A DNA stretch of 64,000 nucleotides, taken from the NCBI GenBank assembly GCA_037379345.1, contig CM074522.1, positions 2,170,001 through 2,234,000 of the forward strand. The letters run 5' to 3'. The first letter of the stretch is position 1, and the number at the start of each line of letters is the position of its first letter. Of the stretch, positions 38,401 through 50,445 are shown piece by piece. The notes below the pieces were generated by a model that saw nothing but the letters and a program-made list of their open reading frames with translations, was not told the origin of the DNA and did not search any database. Both the position numbers and the translations under genes were made by a program. This DNA comes from Perna viridis (lineage: Eukaryota).

Positions 38401-41400
38401 CGAATAACTGTTAATACAATAAAGATCACATGTTTAAACAAGTAAACAAAACAAAGAGAATTTTGTAGATCAACAAATAATCTACTGTATGCCATCTCAT
38501 GATTTCTACCTATGCTATCTGTGCCCCTTGTCCAACGATTGTCTGAAGTAAGCATGCGAGAGGCTGGCCCGGTCTATCACCATGAAACTCGAGTCGAGCC
38601 ATCAACCATTCAATCAGGTACAAAATCATTAAAATCATGTATGAAATCATTTCCCTTTATTAAGATTCAATGATTATCTAAAAAGAACTTCTGTTTTTCC
38701 CTCATGGACATGCCATTCCACGAAATTACTGATTTGAAAGGTGGAAGAATTTGATATTATATATGATATTTTGACGTTTGTTTCCAAACCTGAAAAGGAC
38801 ACTTTTATTGTCACTTCAGATGGTATTGGTGTTCATTTCGTGTTAACATCACATACAATAAAGTGTTCATTTATAGTGTAATTGTAGATTAAGATGTCAA
38901 AGAAATGACCATGCTAAATCTCTGAGGTTAAGCATGAACCATTTTGAGCAAAATAATTGGAGAGAATAAATATAGTGAAGCAGAGAAGAAGGTTTATGAT
39001 CCGAGAAAAAAATAAAACCCATGGCATTTGTAGTGAATTATTACCAATGAATATGAATTTGACAATCAAGGCAACAAACAAAAAACACTGCAAAAATAAA
39101 AATCATACCATTAATAAATAATTACAAAAAGCCATTACGGTTTCGTTCAAGTCCTAACTTAACACTACAGATCTTGAGTACCTCAACAATAGCTTGACTA
39201 GGTCAATATAGGTTGCCCTTAGTTGCGTGCAGTAAATTTGTGAGACGCAAATCCTTCCCAGATACATCTTATCTTATTTATAATATACAGACAAAGATGA
39301 ATTTGTCATGATGGTGGGGCATTTGACTGCTATCACGAATTTAATACATAGATCTATTATCAAAACATCGGAATCCGGTCGCCATATTGTCCGTGTAGTG
39401 TCACATTGGACCAAGCGACACCAATATGGTTCAAATGTACATGTCATCCAGTATTTTTATACGAGGTACCGGTGGGTAATTTTATTTAACACCAATTTCG
39501 ATTCCACTTGCATGGATCTAGCTTTTGTTAATATTTTGTACTTTCGATCGAGTTAACATATTATGTACATAATTAAAATATCTTCTGAACAGCAGGGATT
39601 TTACAATAGGCTAAGACAGGAACCCAACGGAGCTAATTTGTCAAATATCTATCATCAAAATAATCATGTACCCTCTCCAATTATTCAAATTCTAAAACAT
39701 TCCCTCGGAACCAATTCGATTCTTGGTTTTAGGGATCAATTTTCCACCTGTCCATATTTCTTGTGTCTTCCATACGAAAACGTCAACGCTTAGTTTGACA
39801 AGAAATTTATTTCCTTAATTAAATCGATTTTAACGTTTGGTTAAATTTGTAAACAAATTATAGTTATCAGTGGGTGTCAAAATTAAAAGGTCATCCTCAC
39901 ATTACAACCCTGCATTATAACGGGAATGACAATTCTAAAGTCCGGGGCAGGCCACCAACGAATTCCGGAGATCTTCATCGAGATACCGTCGTCATCTCGG
40001 GACCGAGGGACAAAAGACCCATGTCTTCCTCGACACGTCAAATTTATCTCCGGCGATATATACGCTAAAAATCTAGATATTACCCGGTTAAAGGTTTATC
40101 CAAATGATCGTGTGTTCCATGTAAAGCTACTGATCCGATTCGAGTCAGCTTATCATGATTTTGATAGATATTTTATTGCACGCAACTTTTACTCTAAACA
40201 ACAACAAAAAAAAAATAAAATAAAATTGATTTGAAAATGATTCATAAAATGTAGCCTTCGAGATTTGACATACTGCACCCATAAAATCGGGTAGAATTCG
40301 ATACAAGTAAATGTACCTGCATGTAGGTAGTAACTGTTTCAATACGTTTACCCAGTCCCCAAAAGCACTTACTTAAGCCAGTGCACTGTCACACGTCGCA
40401 GAAGATAACATTTTCTACAACGAAAGTACCGTATCGATGTTCTCCAAAAATAATCCCCAAATTTAGTATTATCTTTCATTCATAACCGTATTGACTTGTC
40501 GTATATACATGTATTTATTTTCCCTAAATTTCCAGCAAAATGCGACTGATCAATCTATGACTGTAAAGAATAGTTGTGTCGATTCATTGAAGAACAGAAA
40601 AGAGGACATATTGTTGTGTCTAAAGATAGTTGCAGCTCACCACGGAGAAGTATAGTGAATTTTAATTGATCCCTGAGCTTTAATGGTTGGGATATTTCGC
40701 ACGAGAAAACGAAGATTTTTCTCCATCAACTCGGTGCAAAATTTTTATCTCCAAACTAATCATTAATTTTCTATTCGGTTTTGATAGATAATGACAATTG
40801 TGATAAGACAACCAAGGCTACACAGATTAATCAAATATAAGTTACATTAAGAATTGATAAACCTATCGCTTTTCTAATCAGTAATATGATTTTACTTTTA
40901 TTTTCATTTCGGGTCACACTGTCAAGTGTCTGAGAGAAAAACTGACTGACAGAACATTGATTGACTGTAAAAATACAATTAAAATTATTTTTTGTCATAT
41001 CTTCGTGTCATTCTATTTTGTGGTATTATCATGCAACTTTTGTACCCATTCAAAATCAATAAATTGATATGAAAATTGAAATTTGTAACAATATTATACA
41101 ATAAAGGTATATTAACCCCATGCTTGGAATTTTAATCATGAATTATTAACATTTGTAATTGTTTCTATTATTTTGTTATTTTTGACAAAAGTGACATACT
41201 ATAGTGCATGATGGCCTCCGTCATAAGATTATAACTGAGATAATGAATATCTCCAGAGCAGTCCTAACAGAATTAGATTAACTTTAAACTTATTATAACG
41301 TATTCAAGAAAAGCATATTTTAATCTGTCCAATCGTATCGCGACTCAAAATCATATTACGGACTTCGTGCTTCTGGACTCACTCTCCCTACTTCGTACTT

Positions 41401-44400
41401 CTGGACTCAGTCTCCCTACTGCATGCTTCTGGACTCACTCTCCCTACTGCGTGCTTCCGGACTCACTCTCCCTACTGCGTGCTTCTGGACTCACTCTCCC
41501 TACTGCGTGCTTCTGGACTCACTTCTCCCCCTAAATTTCTGTAGGTTGCATGGAAATTATAATATTTTATCATACCTACTATATCATCAAGAGGCATTTA
41601 GACCCTTCAACATTGCTGTTGTTCCCCAAATTTATCAAGACAATGTGGCCAGCTTCATAAGATATCCTTAAATGCCTATAAAACACCAGCTATTAGCTCT
41701 GATAATGATACAACGGATAAAATAAATTTAACATTTATAAACAAATATTTACAAAACAAAGGGAATACACAATATATTATTATACATCTAGAATGCCACG
41801 TAAGTCCCCGGGCAGTCCCAGACACTTGTCACAGACTAAGTTCTAAAATCAATCGTGACACCCATAATTTCTGTGATCATAGTTATGGAAACATTGCAAA
41901 ATATCCTCAATGAAAAATAAGATCACAGCATGTCCGCCATTAATTTTGAGTACGTGCATTTTAAAATCGCTTTATTTCTTATAAAAATGACAAAATTTGA
42001 CGGTCACAATGCATATTTAATAACCCGACTCTTAGTACCTGCAACAGATGCGAAAGTGTATTATTGTTTTCATTTCTATTTTATCTTCATCTGTCTTTAA
42101 CATCGTCCATCAAATTAGGGGACAGGTTGTCTTTTATTGCTAAATAGTAGTTACATCTAAGTCTTCTTTATTCATTTTTTTCTGACCCATCAATACAATA
42201 GGAGAATATGATGACTCTAAACCACCGTTATTATAGAGTCACAGATTGAATGTATTGTATTGGCTACTTATCATTGTTCTGCTTGTACAGCGGACGGACA
42301 ACACAGCATATCATGGACTCTTTTAAAGGCAATACGAATAATTAATCCTTATTAGAAAACAACATCCCTTGGTCTTGACTTGATTGGGGTTACAGGTTTT
42401 TTTTTTGTCACATGTTCGCTATTATGTGCTTGAAATATTTTCTTATCGATATTTTTGCATTCTTCCTCGTTTGTGACCTTTAATGCGAACCATCATATAA
42501 TTAAAAAGTTTACTCTGGTCCAAATATCAAACATGTTTAAGTGATAATTTAGCACCTCTTTGGACCACGACAATAGACCAAAAGCTGCCAGACATTACAA
42601 AAGTGACTGACCAGTCCATGTGTGATAAATTAAGGAAGTCCGTATTGTCAATACCAATGTCCTGTTTATAGAGAATACAAAAATCGTTTAAAATTTTAAT
42701 TGAAGTAGAGGTCTCCTATACAAAACATATGAAAATAATTCAATATTTTCTGTAAAATAGACTTAAAACTGTCAGATAACTACCATAAAGTCACCAAAGC
42801 AATGCCCTAAAGTCGAACAATGATAGAGTTGGTGCAAAAGGTTGAGGATCTGGAGGCCGATTTTTTAAAGAAGTACTCTACTCTAGTTCAAAGGAAATTA
42901 CCGTAAAAACGCTGTTATTTTTTTCTAATTGAAGCTCTAAAGATATCTATTACAATCTCGTGTGGAAACGTTTTGTTTATTTTGGGGGTTTTTTTTTTGT
43001 TTATTTGTTTGTGCATTTTTTTACCTACATGTTCTACATTGCATGGTTATAAATTATTGACTGTGACGAAGTATCGACAGATTGACGAGAACTAAAGTCG
43101 TCCCGGCAGGTAGTATATGTTATGCTTGGTGTTCAATTGTTGCAGTTTTAAGTACCAGTTGACCTCCTTAAACAAAACAAAAGGTTTAACTAGGTAAATA
43201 ACAAATAGCATGGGAAAAATCTAAGTTTCCTGTAATTAATACTAATTGATGTTTCAATAAGAAAGAAGCAATCTCCTCTCTGCTTTAACAATGTTCATCT
43301 ACTTGATGCCAATAAAGGTTAAGAGAGGGAGTTCAGAGGAGCATTCCATTCCGATCGGGTAACGGCAAACGCAAGTGCTAAACTCAAGCGAACATTCCAT
43401 TCCGAACGGCTAACGCAACTGCTCATATAGTTATTATACCTAACTTTTTCTTAAATGAGTTCAAAACATGAAAATGAATGGAACAGACCGAAGTGGACTT
43501 TTCTTCACAATAGATAATTTACAATAAATAAGAGTACTTTTATGGTTGCAAATTGCAGAATTTCCTGTCAGAACCCCAATCAATAGTAACTCAACATGTT
43601 GTCCAAATACATATCGGTGAAATTATTTCTCCGAATGGAGACAATGATATTATTAGTACGCCTCATCAGTCGATTTTTAAGACACGCTTTTACGCTACTT
43701 AAAATCACGTTGATGTTTTTTTATTATATAAAATGACACATGGCGATGTAATGTACGTTGTTGTCGACGTGAAATGATCCGATGAAGCTCTTTATATTGA
43801 CGATCGAATTTTGTATGTGTTAGTCGAACGTCAGCTTGTCTTATCCCTTGTGTGTGATGATTCTCTTATTGTATTCTTCTATTTAGTCGTTTCATATTAC
43901 TGTTGCTTTTTTAAGTAATTATCTAAATCAGTTTCGATTTCTAATTACGCTGACTTTAATTTGCTAATTTCAGTTGAATCAAAATGTTTTATATTATTAC
44001 TGCATCGTCTATCTGTTTTCTGTTATAGTCTTCAATGAACATTATTGACTTCATTTCATTTTGTATTATCTCCTGTGATAAACATTACCGATAAAGGTAA
44101 AGAAAAAAATAATGAAAAGGATAAACAAATTTACTAAGGTTGGAAATGAAACAGATTTACTGTGAAAAAGCTTAAGTTTGGAGTGTTTTAAATGTTCTTT
44201 CAGTTTTTAAGAAAGTCCTATGAGGTTTCTAAAGATGTGAAAATCTGAAAGAAATATAAGCAAAACTATCTCCTGTTATTCTGTAATAAGTTTCTAATTA
44301 AACCGTGTGTACGTTTTGGAAATATTTGCAATGATTGTGGTCGAGCTTTCCTGGTTGTTATAAATTCAGGGGAGCGAACAACCTGCAACTGTACACTTCT

Positions 44401-46270
44401 CTTCAAAACAAACACTTTAATTAGAAAGGTGCAAGGTGGAAAAAGAGCACCGTATCACGCCATATTGATAAATATGAGCCCATTGACATATTACGGGCCA
44501 TCAAGTCCAAAATTATCTGATGTTGCACTGAGTACACGAAATCCGATACCGAGAGGACATGACATGATATGCGTGTCTCCGCAAAATGTATATATGTTTA
44601 TATATAACACCTATTTCACGGGTCGTTTGTGAATTAAAGCATTATTCTTAAAACGGACATAAACGAATATTGTTTTATCTAATCTTAATGAGTGCAGATC
44701 AGAATGACTCGGACATCAATCACTCTCGTAACTAGGACATAAATCTTAATAAAACTCGAAAAGTCATTGTATCCTTTAATCCGGGATCTATATACATTAA
44801 AGTATGCTAGTATTAGAAAATTGAAGTTTATATCTAATGAGCAATAAAAAGAAAAGGTTATTAGAAGAAAATACGGAGAGTCTTCTAATTAGAAAAGTCG
44901 GACAAAATTGAGAGAACAAATTTCAATTAAACATCTTTTCTTTTAAGATGTATATGTACTAGTTTGAAAAAAATTGACGTAAATCAAATAGGTAAGATGA
45001 CATAACGAAAAATTAAACAGCAATACTAAAGAAAAACCCTTAGGGGAGATGGGTTCTTTATCTTCAAAACAGGAAAGCCAATAATTTTCTCATTGCGTAT
45101 TTTCTATTACTCACTTATTTCATTTTTTTTTATTTCTATTCATTTTTGCAAGGGTTACGGAAATCATAGGTACATTTACTGTAGAAATGATGCTAAAACT
45201 ATAATTCACAACGTGAACTCAGAACATCGCGTGTACATGTAGCCATGTAACATGGTTTCGCTACGTTTCACGTGAAATTTGTGCAAGGTATAATATTATA
45301 GAAATTGCTAAATTCGCGTCATCAATTTTACCCTCTTCATACAGAATGGCCAAGCATTTTAGTTGCCTTACCTGCATTTTTGACAGACACAGATAAACCC
45401 TTCAGACAACCAAAAAGTAAATCTTTCTTGTTTTATCTTTCCTTAAATTAAATGTTTCCACTCGAAACCTGTGTTTTTTAAATTCTTTGTGCATACTTGA
45501 ATCTTACGAATATTTAATCTTGCCAAAACAAAAGTTATAACATGTATTAAGCCCTATCAAATTTACGATGTCTTTCGCTTAATCGTGGTTTCAACGCCCA
45601 TCTTTGGTACAAGACTGAGCACGAATGTAAACTTCCCTCTTAGGGATTTATCTCATGTTTTTGTGGAGTATCATGTCTTTTTATATGACACATTACATAA
45701 CATGATTGCCAAACATTAAATGCCAGGTAAGAAATAGTGAAGTTACTATTCCTCAAAGGTCCAATATACATATAGACACATTGATGGCCTTGCAACCAAC
45801 AGTTCAGAAAATTTCAGGAGGACATAACGGGCATTTATAAAAGAAAGAGCGAGTCATGGATTTCATTAATATGCTGGTATTTCTTTTAATGTATGTCCAC
45901 AAGAATAACTATAATGAGCGAATATTAAGAAAGTAAAATTATTTATTAAGTCTAGTGGGGTTTTTCAGCTTGAGAAGGTTTCCAGCTTCTAAATTTGTAT
46001 CGGACAATACATAATGATTTGAACTTACCCCCGGCGAGACATCTAATCTAAAATCTCTAGGTCCAAAGATTCGCCCAGATGACAAAATCGTTTTTGCAAA
46101 TACAGTAAATTTATTTGCAACTTGTTTGACCTCAATATCTGCTGGAAATGACGTCATATTATCCTCAGCGTCAGCATGATTTGTTGAAGCACAGTCCATC
46201 ACAGTCCCATTTGTATCACTGTCAACAAGATCGAGTTCAATGTCTGAATCATCTTTCTCTTCGATATCTC
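26550..46270 (-). CDS. PRDM16: Prdm3/16 (MECOM/PRDM16/hamlet-like) PR-domain zinc-finger transcription factor; spliced span of six exons, 5' end incomplete or uncertain
   Basis: Six exons with canonical AG/GT boundaries and matching phases join into one ORF (242+102+112+136+94+2034 nt). Domain order is PR/SET, 6 ZF, PFDLS/PLDLT, 3 ZF, acidic tail. Finger sequences are nearly identical to MECOM/PRDM16. It is presumably the single pre-duplication orthologue of both vertebrate genes. Confidence 0.93.
28864..28957 (-). CDS. PRDM16: Prdm3/16 internal exon (94 nt), zinc finger [20 protein letters not shown]
   Basis: Boundaries ttttgtag|TGTACC...CACCAG|gtactt, phase 2 to 0. Matches MECOM [20 protein letters not shown] and runs in frame into ASHDS of the next exon. 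Too short for the ORF track. Confidence 0.95.
30044..30179 (-). CDS. PRDM16: Prdm3/16 internal exon (136 nt), first (C2HC-type) zinc finger [24 protein letters not shown]
   Basis: Boundaries ttcttttgcag|AACTC...ACAAAAG|gtaatt, phase 1 to 2. The CxxC-x12-HQxFxC pattern matches MECOM ZF1 (..HQKFPC). Confidence 0.92.
33930..34095. repeat. Degenerate tandem repeat, ~47-bp unit, ~3.5 copies
   Basis: Recurring gaccc..aatggtctccat.t.taatggtgaaaa..atgtagg. Confidence 0.75.
34800..34911 (-). CDS. PRDM16: Prdm3/16 internal exon (112 nt), C-terminal part of PR/SET domain [18 protein letters not shown]
   Basis: Boundaries aattttag|GTGTTT...GAGAATG|gtaagt, phase 0 to 1. Matches the PR motif [16 protein letters not shown]. 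Confidence 0.93.
35020..35140. promoter_or_regulatory. Candidate intronic promoter/enhancer: NF-Y, PBX-HOX, double GATA and PBX-MEIS/PREP decamer motifs
   Basis: AGCCAATCAG 35027-35036, TGATTTAT 35075-35082, TATCAGTGCGTTATCT 35080-35095 and TGATTGACAG 35125-35134, in a locally GC/CpG-rich patch 115-225 bp upstream of exon 34911. Confidence 0.45.
35394..35475. repeat. Compound (TTA)n(TCA)n microsatellite
   Basis: About 13 TAT units followed by about 14 CAT units. Confidence 0.97.
37794..37895 (-). CDS. PRDM16: Prdm3/16 internal exon (102 nt), PR/SET core [34 protein letters not shown]
   Basis: Boundaries attattgcag|ACATCG...GGGAAG|gtaaat, phase 0 to 0. WMxYIR...N-M-M-A is the PR-domain NWMRYV...NLxA signature. 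Confidence 0.9.
41365..41530. repeat. Minisatellite, 28-bp unit, ~6 copies
   Basis: Unit cttctggactcactctccctactgcgtg. Confidence 0.93.
46029..46270 (-). CDS. PRDM16: Prdm3/16 exon (242 nt), acidic N-terminal segment and start of PR domain (FPADIEVKQ...[15 protein letters not shown])
   Basis: Boundaries ttctttacag|GAGATATC...CCGGGG|gtaagt, phase 1 to 0, open throughout. Contains the PR N-terminal motif (V-F-A...GxxFGP). An in-frame ATG at 46199-46197 could act as the start if upstream exons are non-coding. Confidence 0.85.
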
Positions 46271-46748
46271 CTGTAAAGAAATCTATAGTTTATCTTTTGA
46301 TACTAAAACTGAAAATATGGAAAAATACACAGATTGAACGAAACACGTATATAAAGAATATCACATTTAGTTCACATATAAAACACATAAGCCATATTAA
46401 CCATATTTGGAAACATACATGTAAAACTTTAGTAAGAATAAAACGCCTGAACTTAAAAGAAAAACTAATAGTAACATTTATGTAAAACCAACCAACAAAA
46501 CAACAACAAATACGTGATTAGAACATTTATTTAACTACAATACCGAACTTTTGTTAAAGAATAAACAAGCGTTTTGGCTAAGACGTACATTGTTTTTTGC
46601 AAATGTGATTATATTTACAAAATTTGCAAGTGAATTGGAACCCAATACCCAAGTCAATTAAAACCCAGGTACCCAATTGAATAAGAACACAGGTACCAAA
46701 TGACATCATTTGGCAAGAGAATGAATTACGAATACATTTTTTATGTAT

Positions 46749-47254
46749 CCCCATGCAGGTCCGGGTGTCAAAAGAATAGGCCTGCAGCAGCGCTAAGCTT
46801 GTCGTAAAAGGCGACTAAATAGTGCTCAGAACCCTACCTGGGGGCTAGAGCGCTCTGCCCACAAAGCAACTAGGTTGTGTGCCCCAGGTGGTGGAATGGG
46901 GTACCCCTGGTGTGTTACATGCTGGGGTTGTCAGGCTATAATAAGGAAAACCTGACCGCAAACCGTAGTGGTGCACCGTGTTGGGGAAGATGCCACGTTC
47001 CTCGCACGTTAAAGAACCCTACTGTGGTATTCTCCCGGAGTAGGAACCATAGGGCTCCGCCACAGGAGGCTAAATTGTCCGATCCTACCCACCTTTCCCT
47101 TTTTCCATCGGCAATCAAAATTTGTCGACCCCATTATCCTTGTGTCCCATCCTATTTTTCATTTCACGTTCATTTTATCATCCACTTTATGTTCATCGCC
47201 TGAATATAGCTGAAATATTGCTGCTCGGGCGTTAAACCCCAACAATCAATCAAT
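46749..47254 (+). mobile_element. ~500 bp non-autonomous retroposon (SINE-like) with structured 5' head, Meta-domain-like core and (AATC)n tail
   Basis: GC-rich insert in an AT-rich intron. 3' end ...gctgaaatattgct...gcgttaaaccccaac(aatc)3. Degenerate 13-bp target-site duplication cattttttatgta (46735-46747) / catttgttttgta (47255-47267). GCACGTTAAAGAACCC (47004-47019) resembles the MetaSINE central domain (from memory, unverified). Confidence 0.75.
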
Positions 47255-47904
47255 CATTTGTTTTGTAATTCTGTCCAGTACAGAACTATCTAACCATGAT
47301 TTTACAGGTATTGTACTGTGGTCATGTGTTGTGTCCATTTCGAAAACTTGATAAAACACATATCATGAATGTACATGTTGTCCAAAAATATTTCGGTGAC
47401 TTTATATGATGACACTTTGGTCATTGCTTTACTGTATTATTGAATTATATAAGCTGTTAAAACCATCAAACATAATGTGAAGACCATTGACAGAACATTT
47501 GATAAAAAAGGAAACTCATAAGTCATCGTGCACTTAACTCAAAGGTTTTTTATAAATATTTGCTGTGATCTTGAAAATATATCTAAACCAAAATGAGTGT
47601 TACATGCATAACCTGTTGCACAATAAGGCGAGGGAAGTACCCGGATGTGTAAAATCTTCCCTTTACAAGGAAGAGTTTTCCGTCACCAAATCTCATATAT
47701 CAGATTACCAAAAAGACCAAGATGGCATATACTTTTGTCGTTTCTCACGGCATGAGCGTGAGAAAAAATGCATACAATTCTAAAAAATTGCACTGCAAAT
47801 TTTGAACCAATTCTATTAAAAATTAACAAACTAATTATGGTAAAGCCACCATTACATTTACATCCGGGCATCATGTCGAGTTGCAGCTTTCTCATATACA
47901 GATA

Positions 47905-49090
47905 ATAGAGACCAATTAGAAGCGATTCTAAATCATAAATATCAGTGCGTTATCTGCACTGCTACCTTTCATGCAGCTTAGATTCCTTAGATTTTAATAA
48001 CGCTTCTAATTTGTTTCCAGAATGCAGATTTTGTTAGCTACAAGAGGACTTTACAAAACAAACAGTTTGCTGTTTTAATTGTATTTGTTTGTGGAGAAAA
48101 CCATGAAATTGACAGGCATTTATTGTGAAGATCGATATAATTATTGGTAATTATATACCAATTTAGGTGAAAATGACATAAAGATAAGAGCCGTTTATTA
48201 AAACATATTGAAACCGATGCCACGTTGTCAATGGATAGGATGCGAGTTTTATCAATATGGCTGACAGACGACCGGAAGTGACATCAGGGAAGGATTAAAG
48301 AATTTTCATAAACGCAGGATATTCCGGAATAGATGCGACGGGTAATTCAAGAGTTTAAATACCGCATAATGCTATTGAATAATTACATTTACGATATGTA
48401 TTCAATAAAGCTGCCTTATCAAGGAACATTTATCTTTCCCGAAAATTGATCTTTTTCTCAGTCTCTTGTATCTTTCATATTTCGCTTTGTGCATTTTAAT
48501 AAAATCAGAAAAGGATACGATAAACCTTCTAATATATCATTGTCATTGGAAAGGAAATGCGGAGATTGTCTTTCTTCTAAATAAGTCTGGGACCGAAATT
48601 GCCATCGACATTCCAATCACCGGAAGTCATTTCAGAGAAACGTTCTGTATTATCCAAGCTTAAATTTCTTAATCGCCAATTTTTGTCTTTCTTGGTGCAA
48701 ATTATTTGCCCTTTACAATTATCAACATTAAGATAACAATAAAAAACATTTAGAAATTTTGAAATGTCATGATAGCTAAGATTGGTGACAGCGTTAAGAT
48801 AATTATAATGTCGCGTTTAGTAGCACGTGTGAAACAACATTTGAAAAAATGGTCCTGTCAAATATCTCAGTACCATTATGTAAAGTGGAAAAATGACAAA
48901 CAACAACGGCCATGACAGCAACTTCGGTAATAAAAGAAACCAAAGAACATGTATGAACTTTCACAACGGTCTCAGTGTTTCGAAACAAAATCAATTTAAA
49001 GTACTGGTAAAAAAACCGGTAAAAGTATATGTAAAACGCCAATAAACAAATGCAAACTAAATCACCAATGAAAAATGATGACGTCATTTC
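47905..49090. promoter_or_regulatory. Candidate regulatory region upstream of exon 46270 (CCAAT plus double GATA, two ETS sites, CRE)
   Basis: CCAAT 47912-47916, TATCAGTGCGTTATCT 47940-47955, ACCGGAAGTG ~48271, ACCGGAAGT ~48620 and TGACGTCA 49079-49086. Confidence 0.3.
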
Positions 49091-49437
49091 AAAAACTGGT
49101 CAAGTTAACTGAAAGGTATTATTATATAGATTAGGGGGAATTCCAGTTACGTGAAGACATACATGTTTTACATTTTCATGGTATTCTATGGAAAGTACTT
49201 TCACATTTTGGAATTGTAAAATAAAATCACTTCTGAATAATATCTAAAACCCCCAAGTCCGAACAGCTAACTACTTGATGTGCACATTTCTCCTAAATTT
49301 GCGAATCTGTAGTGATTTTTTTTTTAACTTTGAAGTTCTAAGAACTTATTTCACACCGTTTTCATTGTTTGCTGAACGATAGTTTTAATATTCATATGAA
49401 GATGTCAAATTTTTAATAAGATAAAAATTATAAAAAC

Positions 49438-49640
49438 ATCTTACCCTACCGGTGCACGTGGTCCATGCTCCCAGTTTTTAGTGGAGTCCCAGTTGTTAAT
49501 TTGCTTTTGTTACTTTGTATGTATGATTTTAGTTACTTTATGTTCTTTGTTGTGTGTGTGTCTGTTTTCCATGTCTGGTCTTTGTCGCTGGATTACATTC
49601 TTTTGATTACCGCTATAACCTTGGTTCCCTTGATTACTCT
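49438..49640 (+). mobile_element. SINE-like family A, copy 4 (opposite orientation, 5'-truncated)
   Basis: Reverse complement of copies 1 and 3: ttaccctaccggtgcac...ttggttcccttgattactct. Confidence 0.8.
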
Positions 49641-50445
49641 TTCATTAAATGCATGACCAAAGCTAGACTGAAATTTCATCTCCATTTATGAAGATCCACC
49701 CTAATTTTATTAATCATATTGAAAGTCATGTAAGACAATCTGTAGAAGCTTGTGCATCTATCGTTTTTGTCAATGATAATTGCTGCTTATATCAAAGATA
49801 ATATCGACACAGGTGTATGTAATGTATTCTCGTTAACAGGTCTTCAAGATCGTTCTATCATTCAGAATCATAGTTAATTTGATACAAATATTAATATGAT
49901 ATCTTTTAACTCCGTATCTTTTCATAATAAAGCCTTTAATAGGTAATTACATCATATTTTGAATTAGTACGGATGGATGAATTAGACTACTTCTTCATAC
50001 ATGAGACAGGTCACCGGTCGCAACCTTTGAACTGAGGTCTATATCAAATTATGTAGTTGTTCATTTTTCATGTAAAAGTTTACTCTTGAAATTATTTCAT
50101 TTGATCTTTTCCCATGACAGTTGTCACTAAGACAATTTCACTATTATTTTTTTCATATATGATATCAATTTTAATTCATGGCTGGGGGTCGTATATACTT
50201 TCCTATATAGGAGATCACAATATGGATATATTTCCTAACTATCTTTGTTATCAAGATGACAAATATAAGATAGAAGTAAATTAGTTCATGGGAAAGGGTT
50301 ATAATTATTAGTTTGGTGAAAAACATTCCCAAAAATAGATATCTTCGTCTTTGAGATAAATTTCACTTCTCAGTTTATCAAATTTCAAACCAAAAAAGTC
50401 CTCACATCATTTTCATATATAATTACCAGTATAAATAGTACTTAC

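Noticed and set aside
45939-46028. C-terminal part of ORF 45939-46202
   Set aside because: Read-through past the GGG|gtaagt donor at 46028; intronic.
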